The position numbers were made by a program, and so were the translations under genes. Shown one piece after another: positions 38,598 to 50,010 of a stretch of 64,000 nt of DNA. Under the pieces are notes generated by a model, which ran no database searches, was not told the DNA's origin, and worked only from the letters and a program-made list of their open reading frames with translations. Position 1 is the first letter of the stretch, and each line of letters opens with the position of its first letter. The stretch is from Alphaproteobacteria bacterium (GTDB lineage Bacteria; Pseudomonadota; Alphaproteobacteria; GCA-2731375): NCBI GenBank assembly GCA_965225945.1, contig CBDDBZ010000036.1:96001-160000 (forward strand), in the 5' to 3' direction.

Positions 38598-40213
38598 TCA
38601 GGGTCGATCTTGCAGGATCATGTCGGAGGCCTTTTCCGCGATCATGATCGTGGGAGCGTTGGTGTTGCCGGAGGTGATGATCGGCATCACCGAGGCGTCG
38701 ACCACGCGAAGCCCGCCGAGGCCGTGGACCCGCAGGCGCGGATCGACCACAGCGCCCGAGTCTGCGCCCATCCGGCAGGTGCCGACGGGATGGAAGATGG
38801 TGGTGCCGATGTTGCCGGCCTCGCGCTCCAAGGCTTCCTGGGACTGGAACTCGGCGCCGGGCTTGTATTCCTCGGGCCGGAAGCGGGCCAGCGCCGGCGC
38901 GGCGCAGATCCGTCGGGTGAGCCGAATCGAGTCGGCCGCGACCTGGCGATCCTTGGCCGTCGAGAGGTAGTTCGGCTGAATCTCGGGCGGCGCCTTGGGA
39001 TCGGGCGAGGAAATTCGGATATGGCCCCGGCTCTCCGGGCGGAGGTTGCAGACCGAGGCGGTGAGGCCGGGGAAGGGGTGCAGGTCCGCGCCCAGCTTGT
39101 CGGTGCTGAGGGGCTGGATGTGATACTCGAGGTTCGCGGTGTCGTAGCTCGGATCGCTCTTGGCGAAGGCGCCGAGTTGGCTCGGCGCCATGGTCAGCGG
39201 ACCGCGCCGGAAGAGGACGTATTCGAGCCCCATCATCACCCGGCCGATTGCGCTGCCCGCCCGCTCGTTGAGCGTGATGGTATCGCCGACCTTGTAGACG
39301 AGGCGGAGCTGAAGGTGGTCCTGCAGGTTCTCGCCGACACCGCCGAGCTCGTGGCGGAGCTCGACGCCCTTGTCGCTCAGCACCTCGCCCGGCCCGATGC
39401 CCGAGACCTGCAGCAGGTGCGGCGAGCCGACGGCACCGCTCGCCAGGATCAGCTCGCCGGCCACCTCTGCCCGGGCCGGCGCGCCGTCGAGGCTGAAGGC
39501 GAGGCCGCTCGCGCGACCCTCCGCGAGCTCGATGCCGGTCGCCTGGGCGTTGACCAGGAGCTCGAGGTTGGGGCGGTGCAGCACCGGTCGGAGGAAGGCC
39601 TTGGCGTTGTTCCAGCGCACGCCCTTCTTCTGGTGGACCTTGAAATAGCCGACCCCTTCGTTGTCGCCACGATTGAAATCGTCGATCTTCGCCAGCCCCG
39701 CCTCGGCCGCCGCCTCGCGGAACGCATCCAGGATTTCCCAGGAGAGCCGCATGTTTTCGACCCGCAATTCGCCCCCGGTGGCGTGAAATTCATCGGCCCC
39801 CTCGGCGTAATCCTCCGACTTCAGGAAATAGGGCAGCACGTCGTCCCAGCCCCAGCCCGTATTGCCGAGCTGGCGCCAGAGGTCGTAGTCGCGCGCCTGG
39901 CCCCTGAGATAGAGCATCCCGTTGATCGAGCTGCAGCCGCCGAGCGTCTTGCCGCGCGGATAGGCGAGGGCCCGCCCGTTCAGCCCGGGTACCGCCTCGG
40001 TCATGAAGCACCAGTCGGTTCGGGGATTGTTCATCGTGTAGAGATAGCCGACCGGAATATGGATCCAGATGTAGCTGTCGCGCCCGCCCGCCTCCAACAA
40101 AAGCACCTGTTCCTCGGGTCCCGGGACAGCCGATTGGCGAGCACGCAGCCGGCCGAGCCCGCGCCCACCACGACGTAGTCGAACCTGCCGACATTCCTGG
40201 TCTCGCCCGCCAT
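38598..40213 (-). CDS. GMC family oxidoreductase (choline dehydrogenase-like), apparent frameshift near 40108
   Basis: [56 protein letters not shown]; one missing G joins the frames. Confidence 0.88.
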
Positions 40214-40313
40214 GTCTCTTTCCCGGTCCGGCGCCATGTTCCGCGCAACGATAATACGCTAGCCTCGTCGCGGAAGGGCAAGCCGGTCGGGCGAACAGGC
40301 GTAATGGTGAGAC

Positions 40314-40526
40314 ATGAAATACCTACTCGTCGTTTTTCTGTTGATGCAGGGGGAGTGGGTCCGCGGCGACACCCTGGAGGGCTGGGGCTCGATCGCCTAT
40401 CCGAGCCTCGAGGCCTGCGAGAAGAGCAAGAGCCGCGCGGAGGCCATCCAGACCGGGCTGGAGAGGTACAATTCGCGCGCCTACCAAAAGCGCTTCGCCT
40501 GCGAGAAGCGGCCGTCATCCAATTGA
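40314..40526 (+). CDS. Small hypothetical exported protein
   Basis: Hydrophobic N-terminus, YPSLEAC...FAC two-cysteine motif. Confidence 0.6.
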   Translation: MKYLLVVFLLMQGEWVRGDTLEGWGSIAYPSLEACEKSKSRAEAIQTGLERYNSRAYQKRFACEKRPSSN

Positions 40527-40671
40527 TTATTCGGCCCATGTCGCGGTCGGGCGACCGGAAACCTGTTGCGGTGGCCCTGGCGTCTGGCTAGGCTCGCGCA
40601 TTGACCTCTTGAGGGGGGACGCGGGATCGTCCCCGTTGCGAAAAGAGGCTTGCCAAGGGAGGACGTTAGGA

Positions 40672-41712
40672 ATGAAACTGGTCAAATTCGCCGCCGCCTT
40701 CGCTGCGGCGGCTGGGTTGCTCGCCGCCGGCGCGACAGCCGCCTCGGCCGAGAGCACGCTCGAAATCGTCAAGAAGCGCGGCATGCTTCGCTGTCAGGTC
40801 GGCCCGCCGTCGCCCGGTTTCTACAATCTAGATGCCAGCGGCAACTGGTATGGCAGCGACGTGGCGGTCTGCAAGGCGATCGCGGCGGCGGTGCTGGGCG
40901 ATGTCAAGAAGCTCGAAATCCAGTCGGTCAGCACCCAGGCTCGCTTTACCGCCTTGGCCAACGGTGAATCGGACGTACTGTCGCGCACGACGACCTGGAC
41001 GCTGCTGCGCGACACGCAGCTCGGCCTCGACTTCACGGCGGTCAACTTTTACGACGGCCAGGGCTTCATGGTCTCGAAGGGCAGCGGCATCAAGAGCGCG
41101 CTCCAGCTCGAGGGCGCCACGGTCTGCGTGCTGACCGGCACCACGACCGAGCTGAACCTCGCCGACTACAACCGGAACAACAACCTGAAGATACAGCCGG
41201 TGACCTTCGAGGATCCCAACGTCCGCAACGACACCTACCTGCAGGGTGGCTGTGACGCGATGACCGGCGACAAGTCCGGCCTGGCATCGGCCAAGTCGAA
41301 TTTCCCCAACCCGGCCGAGCACGTGATTCTGCCCGAGACGATCTCGAAGGAACCGCTGGGTCCGGTCGTTCGGCAGAACGATTCGCAGTGGATGGACATC
41401 GTCAAGTGGACGGTCTTCGCGCTCGTCGCGGCCGAGGAGCTGGGCATCAACTCGAAGAACGTCGACAGGATGCGCACGAACCCGCCGAACCCGGAAGTCG
41501 GCCGCATGCTCGGTGTCGAGGGCAATCTGGAGAAGGGCCTCGGCCTCTCGAAGGATTGGGCCTACAACATCATCAAGCAGGTCGGCAACTACGGCGAGGT
41601 CTACGAGGCCTACATGGGTGGCGGCAAGCTCGGCATCGGCATCGGCCGGGCCGGTTCGCCGAACGCGCTGTGGACCAAGGGCGGTCTGCAGTATTCCCCG
41701 CCGTTCCGTTGA
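40672..41712 (+). CDS. aapJ: General L-amino acid ABC transporter substrate-binding protein
   Basis: LSRTTTWT, FYDGQGF, ETISKEPLGP, QVGNYGE, GGLQYSPPFR. Confidence 0.92.
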   Translation: MKLVKFAAAFAAAAGLLAAGATAASAESTLEIVKKRGMLRCQVGPPSPGFYNLDASGNWYGSDVAVCKAIAAAVLGDVKKLEIQSVSTQARFTALANGESDVLSRTTTWTLLRDTQLGLDFTAVNFYDGQGFMVSKGSGIKSALQLEGATVCVLTGTTTELNLADYNRNNNLKIQPVTFEDPNVRNDTYLQGGCDAMTGDKSGLASAKSNFPNPAEHVILPETISKEPLGPVVRQNDSQWMDIVKWTVFALVAAEELGINSKNVDRMRTNPPNPEVGRMLGVEGNLEKGLGLSKDWAYNIIKQVGNYGEVYEAYMGGGKLGIGIGRAGSPNALWTKGGLQYSPPFR

Positions 41713-41722
41713 GTTCGCAAAT

Positions 41723-41753
41723 GTGGCGTCCGAGTTCGCTCGGGCGCCACTTT
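41723..41753 (+). terminator. Stem-loop after aapJ
   Basis: GTGGCGTCCGAG-TTCG-CTCGGGCGCCAC-TTT. Confidence 0.6.
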
Positions 41754-41803
41754 CGCTGCTCTCGCGCGTTTCATCGATGACGTAAACAGCGACGGCGGGC
41801 GTC

Positions 41804-43003
41804 ATGGCGACCATGGATAAGGCGCCATCCACTGGGGGCGGCGGATTGGCGTTGCTCTACGACGAACGCGTCCGATCGGTTTTCTATCAGATCTTCACCT
41901 TCAGCGTGGTCGCCGCGCTCGCCTGGTATCTCGTCGACAACACGACGCGAAACCTGGCGGCCCGGGGCATGAGCTCCGGGTTCGATTTTATATGGTTGAC
42001 CGCCGGCTTCGATACCGATTTCTCGCTGATCGATTATGCCGCCGGCGATACCTATGGCCGCGTGCTCCTGGTCGGCATCCTGAACACGCTCTTCGTTTCA
42101 CTGATCGCCATCGTCGGCACGACGGCCCTCGGCTTCTTCATGGGGATCATGCGGCTGTCGTCCAACTGGCTGATCGCGAAGCTGGCCTCGGCCTATGTCG
42201 AGATCGTGCGCAACGTACCGCTCCTGATGCAGATCATCTTCTGGTACCTGGGCGTCTTCTCGCTGTTGCCGAGACCGAAGCAGAGCATCGACATGCTGGG
42301 CGGCGGCGTCTCGTTCCTCAACAACCGCGGCCTCTACATGCCGAGCCCGATCGCGGGCGAACTGTTCTGGGCCACGATCGTCGCCGCCGTCGTCGCCCTC
42401 GTCGCGGTCGTGGTCGTGAAGCGGTGGTCCAAGCGGCGCCAGGAGACCACGGGCGCGCAATTCCCCATGTTCTCGGCGGGGCTGGGTATCCTCGTGGTGC
42501 TGCCGACGCTGACCTTCCTCGTCACCGGTCAGCCCATGGAATGGGACATCCCCGCGCTCGAGGGCTTCAACTTCATCGGCGGCGCCCGGCTGCCGCCGGC
42601 GTTCCTGGCCCTGCTGATCGCCCTCATCATCTACCACTCCTCCTTTCTGGCGGAGGCGGTTCGGGCTGGCATTCTCTCGGTCGACAAGGGCCAGACGGAA
42701 GCCTCGGCCTCGGTCGGCATGCGGCCGGGCCGCACTCTGCGTTTGGTGATCATTCCGCAGGCGATGCGGGCCATCGTGCCGCCGTTGATCAGCCTCTGGA
42801 TGAACGTGGTCAAGAATTCCTCGCTGGCCATCGCGATCGGCTATCCCGACATCGTGGCGCTGTTCATGAACACCTCGCTCAACCAGTCGGGCTACGCGAT
42901 CGAGATCGTGGCCTTGACGATGCTGTTCTACATGACGGTCAGCCTGACCATCTCTGGTCTGCTCAATATTTACAATCGTCGCGTCCAGCTCAGGGAGCGC
43001 TGA
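41804..43003 (+). CDS. aapQ: Amino acid ABC transporter permease
   Basis: VGILNTL, RNVPLL, KNSSLAIAIGYPD. Confidence 0.9.
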   Translation: MATMDKAPSTGGGGLALLYDERVRSVFYQIFTFSVVAALAWYLVDNTTRNLAARGMSSGFDFIWLTAGFDTDFSLIDYAAGDTYGRVLLVGILNTLFVSLIAIVGTTALGFFMGIMRLSSNWLIAKLASAYVEIVRNVPLLMQIIFWYLGVFSLLPRPKQSIDMLGGGVSFLNNRGLYMPSPIAGELFWATIVAAVVALVAVVVVKRWSKRRQETTGAQFPMFSAGLGILVVLPTLTFLVTGQPMEWDIPALEGFNFIGGARLPPAFLALLIALIIYHSSFLAEAVRAGILSVDKGQTEASASVGMRPGRTLRLVIIPQAMRAIVPPLISLWMNVVKNSSLAIAIGYPDIVALFMNTSLNQSGYAIEIVALTMLFYMTVSLTISGLLNIYNRRVQLRER

Positions 43004-43005
43004 GA

Positions 43006-44328
43006 ATGGTTGCCGCCGTTGAAGCAGGCGCGGGCGCCGCGCCCAAGGGGAAGCTGGATCCCGTTCGCTGGCTGAAGGAAAACCTCTTCAGCACCTGGTA
43101 CAACATCGTTCTGACGATCATCGCGCTGCTGATTGTCTACTATGTGGCGGCGGCGCTCTGGCAATGGGGCATCGCCGACGCGGTCTGGGTCGCGGAAGAC
43201 CGGCGGGAGTGCCTCACCAAGAACCCGAACGGCGCCTGCTGGGCGGGCGTGTTCGTCTGGTTCGAGGCCTTCATCTACGGTCGTTATCCCTTGACCGAGC
43301 GGTGGCGGATCAACCTCGGCGCGATCCTGCTCGTGCTCTGGATGGCGCCCTTGTGGCTGCCGCGCGTGCGGGCGAAGATCCTGATCGCCTTCAGCGTCGT
43401 CGCCTTCTATCCCTTCTTCGCCGCCTATCTCTTCAATGGTGGGGAAAAGGGCTTCGTCGTCCAGCCCATGATCTCGATCGCGCTGGTCTGCTTCGCGGGC
43501 GTCATCATTCATTCAATTATCGGCGTGACGAGCGGGGGCTCGATCGAGGAGACCGCGATCCGGATTCTGGGCCTCGCGGACAAGCCGGAGAAGACCCGGC
43601 GCAATATCCTGCTCGGCCTCGTCGTCGCGGCGATCGGGATCGTCTTCGTCGCGCAGATGAGCTGGACGCTCCCGGCCGTGTCCTGGGTCAAATGGGGCGG
43701 GCTATTCCTGACCCTGGTGATCGCGGGCGTCGGCATCACCACGGCGTTGCCGGCCGGCATCATCCTGGCGCTCGGCCGGCGTTCGCAACTGCCGGTGATC
43801 CGCGCGCTCTGCACCACCTTCATCGAAGTCTTCCGCTCGGTGCCGCTGATTACCGTGCTGTTCATGGCGACGACGATGTTCCCGCTGTTCCTGCCGCCGG
43901 GGTTCGAACTCAACAAGCTGGTGCAGGTGATCGTCGCGGTCTGTCTGTTCAGCGCCTGCTACATGGCGGAGATCGTGCGCGGCGGCCTGCAGGCGATTCC
44001 CCGCGGGCAGTACGAGGCGGCCCATGCCATGGGTCTCGGCTACTGGCGGATGATGGCTTTCGTCGTCATGCCGCAGGCCTTGAAGTTCATGATCGCGAAT
44101 ATCGTCGGCAACTTCATCGGCCTGTTGAAAGATACGACGCTGGTCGCCATCATCGGCCTGTTCGACATTTTGAGAATGCTCCAGGCGGCGAGCCAGGACG
44201 TGCCGTGGCGTGGCCTCCACAAGGAGCCGTTGTTCGTCGGCGCCGTCATCTTCTTCGTCATGTGCTTTTCCATGTCGAAATATAGCCAACATCTCGAACG
44301 AAAACTGAGCGCCGGCGACCAACGCTGA
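43006..44328 (+). CDS. aapM: Amino acid ABC transporter permease
   Basis: [37 protein letters not shown]. Confidence 0.9.
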   Translation: MVAAVEAGAGAAPKGKLDPVRWLKENLFSTWYNIVLTIIALLIVYYVAAALWQWGIADAVWVAEDRRECLTKNPNGACWAGVFVWFEAFIYGRYPLTERWRINLGAILLVLWMAPLWLPRVRAKILIAFSVVAFYPFFAAYLFNGGEKGFVVQPMISIALVCFAGVIIHSIIGVTSGGSIEETAIRILGLADKPEKTRRNILLGLVVAAIGIVFVAQMSWTLPAVSWVKWGGLFLTLVIAGVGITTALPAGIILALGRRSQLPVIRALCTTFIEVFRSVPLITVLFMATTMFPLFLPPGFELNKLVQVIVAVCLFSACYMAEIVRGGLQAIPRGQYEAAHAMGLGYWRMMAFVVMPQALKFMIANIVGNFIGLLKDTTLVAIIGLFDILRMLQAASQDVPWRGLHKEPLFVGAVIFFVMCFSMSKYSQHLERKLSAGDQR

Positions 44329-44353
44329 AGGCGCCGTAGCGGAGGCAGGGGCA

Positions 44354-45145
44354 ATGTCATCGGTGGAAAACATTCAAGATCAGGAGGCGCTGGCCTCCGC
44401 CGCCTCGAGCGAGGTGATCATCCACATCGACGCGATGAACAAGTGGTTCGGACAGTTTCATGTCCTGAAGGACATCAACCTCTCGATCCACAAGGGGGAG
44501 CGGATCGTGATCTGCGGACCGTCGGGCTCCGGCAAGTCGACGCTGATCCGTTGCATGAACCGTCTGGAGGAACACCAGAAGGGTGACATCATCATCGACG
44601 GCGTGGCCCTCGACAACAACCTCAAGAACATCGACCAGATCCGCAGCGAAGTGGGCATGGTGTTCCAGTCCTTCAACCTCTTCCCTCATCTCTCGGTGCT
44701 GCAGAACTGCACGCTCGCGCTGATCTGGGTCCGCAAGATGGCGAAGTCGGAGGCGGAAGAGCTGGCGATGGAGTATCTCACCCGGGTCCGCATCCCCGAG
44801 CAGGCGGACAAGTACCCGGGGCAGCTCTCCGGCGGCCAGCAGCAGCGCGTCGCGATCGCCCGCGCGCTGTGCATGCGGCCTCGGATCATGCTGTTCGACG
44901 AGCCGACCTCGGCGCTCGATCCCGAGATGATCGCCGAGGTGCTGGAGGTGATGATCGAGCTGGCGGCGACCGGCATGACCATGCTCGTCGTCACCCACGA
45001 GATGGGCTTCGCCAACCGGGTCGCCGACCGGGTGATCTTCATGGACGAAGGCGTGATCGTGGAGCAGAACACGCCCCGGGAATTCTTCGAGAATCCCAAG
45101 AGCGAACGCACCAAGCTGTTCCTGAGCCAGATCCTGGCCCACTGA
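44354..45145 (+). CDS. aapP: Amino acid ABC transporter ATP-binding protein
   Basis: [28 protein letters not shown]. Confidence 0.93.
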   Translation: MSSVENIQDQEALASAASSEVIIHIDAMNKWFGQFHVLKDINLSIHKGERIVICGPSGSGKSTLIRCMNRLEEHQKGDIIIDGVALDNNLKNIDQIRSEVGMVFQSFNLFPHLSVLQNCTLALIWVRKMAKSEAEELAMEYLTRVRIPEQADKYPGQLSGGQQQRVAIARALCMRPRIMLFDEPTSALDPEMIAEVLEVMIELAATGMTMLVVTHEMGFANRVADRVIFMDEGVIVEQNTPREFFENPKSERTKLFLSQILAH

Positions 45146-45156
45146 GGCCATCTTCG

Positions 45157-45928
45157 CCGGGAGGATAAAGGGACACGGGAGGATACTTAGGGACTTTTCA
45201 AGTTAAGTATTGTGTCCGGGAGGATCCTTGCCTATCCGGGAGGATCACCCAGGGACCGGGACTATAAAGTGGCACCGGGAGGATAAAGGGACCGGGAGGT
45301 AAAGGGACTCGGTGAGGATCGAAGGGACCGGGAGGATATCTCCGGGATGCCGAGCAGGGACTCGGGACGGCATTGTAGCGACCTTTTAGGCGAGGACTTT
45401 AGGGACCGTGGTGGAAATCCTAATCATTGAGACCGGGATTTGGCATAAAGGGACCGGGAGCATAAAGGGACCGTCACTTCATTGAAATTTATCTGAAATC
45501 GGAGGATGAACGGGACCGATGGAATATTCCAGGAAACCGGGAGGCTTCATTGAATTGTAGGATCGAGTGCCGGGATTATTCACAAATAGACTCTGTGAAC
45601 TGGTTTTCAAGTTCGACTCAATACGTCATATGAAGTAACCGGATTGAGGATAAACGTTCTTGCGTGTCGCTTCGTCTTCGCTGCGACTCAAAACGCGCAG
45701 GAGACTAACAGGCGCGGACGGGGACCGCAACGATAAAGGGCCAGCGCGTCGCTTTCTTCGACCGGCTCAGAGGATAAAGGGACAGCAGGAGGATAAAGGG
45801 ACGTCCCCCGAATAAGTACGTGACTTAAACTCCTTCGGTTTTCAGAACAATCAAGAATTAGCCGGAAGTATTGTGTCCAAGGAGACACACTACATATAGT
45901 GGGTGTGGGTTTATCCTTTATCCTCCGG
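45157..45928. repeat. Degenerate 17-mer array (CCGGGAGGATAAAGGGA)n interleaved with an inverted copy of 17426-18179
   Basis: Unit recurs at 45157, 45275, 45455, 45770 and 45788; 45476-45720 closely follows the reverse complement of ~17725-17962. Confidence 0.8.
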
Positions 45929-45932
45929 TCCG

Positions 45933-47189
45933 TCAGACTGCGCGGACCAGCGCGTGGCGCTTGCGTCCGGCGCTGAGCTTGATCACGCCCTCGCCGTCCA
46001 GATCCCCGAGCGTGACCTCATGCAATTCGTCCCGCACCACCACGTCGTCGAGGCGGGCGCCACCCCCCTTGATCAGCCGCCGGGCCTCCGCGTTGGAAGC
46101 GCAGAGTTTGGCCTCCGCCAACAGGCGGAAGACGGCGATGCCCTCGGCCAGCGCGGCGCGGGGGACCTCGATCGTCGCCAGCTCTTGGCCCCGGCTGCCT
46201 TCCTCGAAGGTGCGCCGCGCCGTCTCCTCGGCCGCCGCCGCCGCGTCGGCCCCGTGTGCCAGCCCCGTCGCCGCCGTCGCCAGCAGCTTCTTGGCGTCGT
46301 TGATCTCCGCGCCGTCCAGCGCTTCCAGCCGGGCGATCTCGTCCCCCGCCAGCTCGGTGAAGAGGCGGAGGAAGCGGCCGACGTCGCCGTCCTCCGTATT
46401 GCGCCAGAATTGCCAGTAGTCGTAGGCCGAGAGCATGGTGTCGTCGAGCCAGACCGCGCCTTCGGCCGTCTTGCCCATCTTCTGGCCGGACGCGGTGGTG
46501 ATCAGCGCCGTGGTGAGGCCGAAGAGGGCGGTGCCGTCGACCCGGCGGGCGAGATCCACCCCACCCACGATATTTCCCCACTGGTCCGAGCCGCCCATTT
46601 GCAGCCGGCAAGCGTGGCGGCGGCTCAGCTCCACGAAGTCGTAGGCCTGCAGGATCATGTAGTTGAACTCGAGAAAGCTCAGCGGCTGCTCGCGCTCGAG
46701 GCGCAACTTCACGCTGTCGAAGCCCAGCATCCGGTTGACCGAGAAGTGGCGCCCGTAGTCGCGAAGAAAGGCGATGTATTCGAGGCTGTCGAGCCACACG
46801 GCGTTGTCGAGCATGATGGCGTCGCTCGGCCCGTCGCCGAAGTCGAGGAAGCGCTCGAAGACCGCCTTGATGCCGTCCATGTTGCGCGCGATGTCGGCCT
46901 CGCTCAGCAGCCGGCGCTGTTCGTCCTTGCCGGAGGGATCGCCCACCTTGGTGGTGCCGCCGCCCATCAGCACGATCGGCTTGTGGCCGCAGCGTTGCAA
47001 ATGACGCAGCATCATGATCGAGACCAGAGAGCCGACATGCAGGCTCGGCGCCGTCAAGTCGTAGCCGATATAGGCCACGACGCGCTCCTTCGCGGCCAAT
47101 GCGTCCAGCGCGTCCAGGTCGGTGCATTGGTGCAGGTAGCCGCGTTCGACCATGGTCTGGACGAATTCGGAGGCGTGGGCTCGGCTCAT
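45933..47189 (-). CDS. tyrS: Tyrosine--tRNA ligase
   Basis: [33 protein letters not shown]4 domain. Confidence 0.97.
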   Translation of the reverse strand: MSRAHASEFVQTMVERGYLHQCTDLDALDALAAKERVVAYIGYDLTAPSLHVGSLVSIMMLRHLQRCGHKPIVLMGGGTTKVGDPSGKDEQRRLLSEADIARNMDGIKAVFERFLDFGDGPSDAIMLDNAVWLDSLEYIAFLRDYGRHFSVNRMLGFDSVKLRLEREQPLSFLEFNYMILQAYDFVELSRRHACRLQMGGSDQWGNIVGGVDLARRVDGTALFGLTTALITTASGQKMGKTAEGAVWLDDTMLSAYDYWQFWRNTEDGDVGRFLRLFTELAGDEIARLEALDGAEINDAKKLLATAATGLAHGADAAAAAEETARRTFEEGSRGQELATIEVPRAALAEGIAVFRLLAEAKLCASNAEARRLIKGGGARLDDVVVRDELHEVTLGDLDGEGVIKLSAGRKRHALVRAV

Positions 47190-47284
47190 GGCGCTTCTGG
47201 CTTTACTGTCGCGTGGTTTCGGGCGCGCCATATGTTGGATTCTATCCACTAGCATGAATGATGGCGATGTCTCAACGCCGACGG

Positions 47285-48367
47285 ATGACAATGGACATGA
47301 TAACCGCGATCGGATTGATGAGCGGCACCTCGCTCGACGGGGTCGACGTCGCCCTGATCCGCACCGAGGGCGAGCGGGTGGCGGCCGACGGGCCGTGGCG
47401 CTCCTACCCTTACGAGGCGGCGACGCGGGAGCTTGTTCGGAGCGTGCTCGGCGGCCGGGGCGACGTCGCCGTCGCGGCGCGGGCGGTGACCGAGGCGCAC
47501 GAGACGGCGGTCCGGACGTTCCTCGCGGAGACCGGGATCGAGGCCGCGGCAATCGCCGTCGTCGGCTTTCACGGCCAGACGATCCTGCATGAACCGGAGC
47601 AAGGCCGGACCTGGCAGATCGGCGACGGCGCGGCGCTGGCCCGGGGAATTGGCATCGACGTCGTATCCGATTTTCGCGCCGCCGACGTGGCGGCGGGCGG
47701 GGAGGGGGCGCCGCTGGCGCCGGTCTATCACCGCGCGCTGGCCCGTGATCTCCAACGGCCCCTCGCGGTATTGAACATCGGCGGCGTCGCCAACGTCACC
47801 TACATCGGGGAACACGATGAACTGATTGCCTTCGACACCGGCCCCGGTAACGCCTTGATCGACGATTGGGTCCGCCGCCGGCGGGCCGAGGCGATGGACG
47901 CCGACGGCCGGCTCGCGGCGCGAGGCACGGTCGAGCGGGCGGCGTTGGCGAGGCTTCTGGCCGATCCCTATTTCGCCAGGCCGGCGCCCAAGTCGCTCGA
48001 CCGCGACCACTTCGACGCCGGCCCGATCGAGGGGCTCGGAGATGCCGACGGGGCGGCGACGCTGGCCGCCTTCACGATCGCCGCCGCGGCGCGCGCGCGC
48101 GGGCACTTGCCCGAGCCGCCCGCGCGCTGGCTCGTCACCGGTGGGGGACGGCACAATGGTTTTCTCATGGCCGGGTTGCGCGCGGCGCTGGGCGTTGAGG
48201 TCGTGCCGGTGGAAGCCGTCGGCTGGCGCGGCGATGCGCTTGAAGCGGAGGCCTTCGCCTTCCTCGCCGTCCGTTCTCTGCGTGGTCTGCCGCTGAGCTT
48301 TCCCGCCACCACGGGCGTCGAGCGGCCGATGCCCGGCGGGCGGCATCATCCCGCGACGGGTGGATGA
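47285..48367 (+). CDS. anmK: Anhydro-N-acetylmuramic acid kinase
   Basis: [39 protein letters not shown]. Confidence 0.96.
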   Translation: MTMDMITAIGLMSGTSLDGVDVALIRTEGERVAADGPWRSYPYEAATRELVRSVLGGRGDVAVAARAVTEAHETAVRTFLAETGIEAAAIAVVGFHGQTILHEPEQGRTWQIGDGAALARGIGIDVVSDFRAADVAAGGEGAPLAPVYHRALARDLQRPLAVLNIGGVANVTYIGEHDELIAFDTGPGNALIDDWVRRRRAEAMDADGRLAARGTVERAALARLLADPYFARPAPKSLDRDHFDAGPIEGLGDADGAATLAAFTIAAAARARGHLPEPPARWLVTGGGRHNGFLMAGLRAALGVEVVPVEAVGWRGDALEAEAFAFLAVRSLRGLPLSFPATTGVERPMPGGRHHPATGG

Positions 48368-48374
48368 GGGATCG

Positions 48375-48716
48375 TTAGATCGAGAAGGAGGTGCCGCAGC
48401 CGCAGGAGGCCGTGGCGTTCGGATTGTTGATGCGGAAGGCGGCGCCGATCAGATCGTCGACGAAATCGATCTCGGCGCCCGCCATGTATTCGAGCGACAT
48501 CGAATCGACCAATACCGAAACGCCGTCCCGTTCGATCACCAAATCGTCGTCGGCGATCGCGTCGACGAAATCGAAGGCGTATTGAAAGCCGGAACAGCCG
48601 CCGCCCGTGACCTGCACGCGCAGCTTCAACTCCGCCCCGCCCTCGGCGGCGATCAGCTCGCCGATCCGCTCAGCCGCGCTGGCGGAGACGGTGATGTCGG
48701 GCCCCGGTGTCGACAT
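48375..48716 (-). CDS. erpA: Iron-sulfur cluster insertion protein ErpA
   Basis: GGGCSGFQY, NPNATASCGCGTSF. Confidence 0.93.
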   Translation of the reverse strand: MSTPGPDITVSASAAERIGELIAAEGGAELKLRVQVTGGGCSGFQYAFDFVDAIADDDLVIERDGVSVLVDSMSLEYMAGAEIDFVDDLIGAAFRINNPNATASCGCGTSFSI

Positions 48717-48834
48717 CGTCGTGCCTCTTTCCTCGGCGCGGTCCCGCGCGCCGTCCCCCACGATATGTGATGGGGGAGGGGGGTTGTCAATTGCCTGCGT
48801 TGATCGCGCTCTGGGGAGGGCTTAGCTTCCGGCC

Positions 48835-50010
48835 ATGACCTCCGTCTCCGAACTCGCCCCCTACGCGACCCGCGCCGACGAGAGTCGGGGGCGCCGGGTG
48901 GCGGAACCGGAGAGCCCGACCCGAACCGTGTTCCAGCGCGACCGCGACCGTATCATCCATTCCACGGCGTTTCGCAGGCTGCAATACAAGACCCAGGTCT
49001 TCGTCTATCACGAGGGCGATCACTACAGGACCCGACTGACCCACAGCCTGGAGGTGGCGCAGATCGCGCGATCGGTCTGTCGCGTGCTGGGGCTCGACAG
49101 CGATCTCGCGGAAACCCTGGCGCTCGCCCACGACCTGGGCCACACGCCCTTCGGGCATGCCGGCGAGGAGGTGCTGAACGCACTGATGGCCGGGCACGGC
49201 GGCTTCGATCACAACGCCCAGACGCTCAAGATCGTGACCCGACTGGAGCGCCGCTACGCCGAGTTCGACGGCCTGAATCTCACCTGGGAAACGTTGGAAG
49301 GCACGGTCAAGCACAACGGTCCCCTCGTCCTCGACGGCGAGTGCGCGGACGTGGCGACGGCGATCCGGGAATACGACGCCGAGCACGACCTGGAGCTCCA
49401 CACCCATCCCGGACCCGAGGCGCAGGTCGCCTCCCTGGCCGACGATATCGCTTACAACAACCATGACCTGGACGACGGTCTCAGGGCCGGCCTCTTCACC
49501 CTGGAGGAGGTGGCGGAACTCGCCCTCGTCCGGCCGGTGTTGGCGGAGGTGCGGGCCCGCCACGGCGACATCGAGGCGCCGCGCATGAACCACGAAGTGA
49601 TCCGCCGGCTGATCAACACCATGGTCTTGGATCTGCTGGCCGAAAGCCGGGCCCGAATCGCGCGGGCGCGGCCCGGGGCTGTGCGGGAGGTCCGCGAGCT
49701 CGGCCGCTTCCTGATCGGCTTCTCGCCCGAGATGGTCGCCGGCGATGCCGAGCTGAAGGGCTTCTTGGGCGAGCGGATGTATCGCCACGCCCGTGTCACG
49801 GCCATGACCGACGAGGCACGGCTCGTTGTCAGCGACCTCTTCCGAGGCTATACCGCCGAGCCAAACCGGCTGCCGGCGGAATGGCGCGGGCATGCGGGCG
49901 CGACGGACGGTGCGACGGCCCGCGTGGTGGCCGATTTCATCGCCGGGATGACGGATCGTTTCGCCTTCGCCGAGCATCGTCGGCTGAAGGCGCCTGAACG
50001 GAACGGATAG
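48835..50010 (+). CDS. dgt: Deoxyguanosinetriphosphate triphosphohydrolase
   Basis: FQRDRDRIIHS, RTRLTHSLEV, AHDLGH, ADDIAY. Confidence 0.95.
   Translation: MTSVSELAPYATRADESRGRRVAEPESPTRTVFQRDRDRIIHSTAFRRLQYKTQVFVYHEGDHYRTRLTHSLEVAQIARSVCRVLGLDSDLAETLALAHDLGHTPFGHAGEEVLNALMAGHGGFDHNAQTLKIVTRLERRYAEFDGLNLTWETLEGTVKHNGPLVLDGECADVATAIREYDAEHDLELHTHPGPEAQVASLADDIAYNNHDLDDGLRAGLFTLEEVAELALVRPVLAEVRARHGDIEAPRMNHEVIRRLINTMVLDLLAESRARIARARPGAVREVRELGRFLIGFSPEMVAGDAELKGFLGERMYRHARVTAMTDEARLVVSDLFRGYTAEPNRLPAEWRGHAGATDGATARVVADFIAGMTDRFAFAEHRRLKAPERNG

Noticed and set aside
45157-45928. CRISPR array
   Set aside because: The repeats are 17-mers, degenerate and irregularly spaced; the intervening DNA is one continuous copy of another locus; there are no cas genes.
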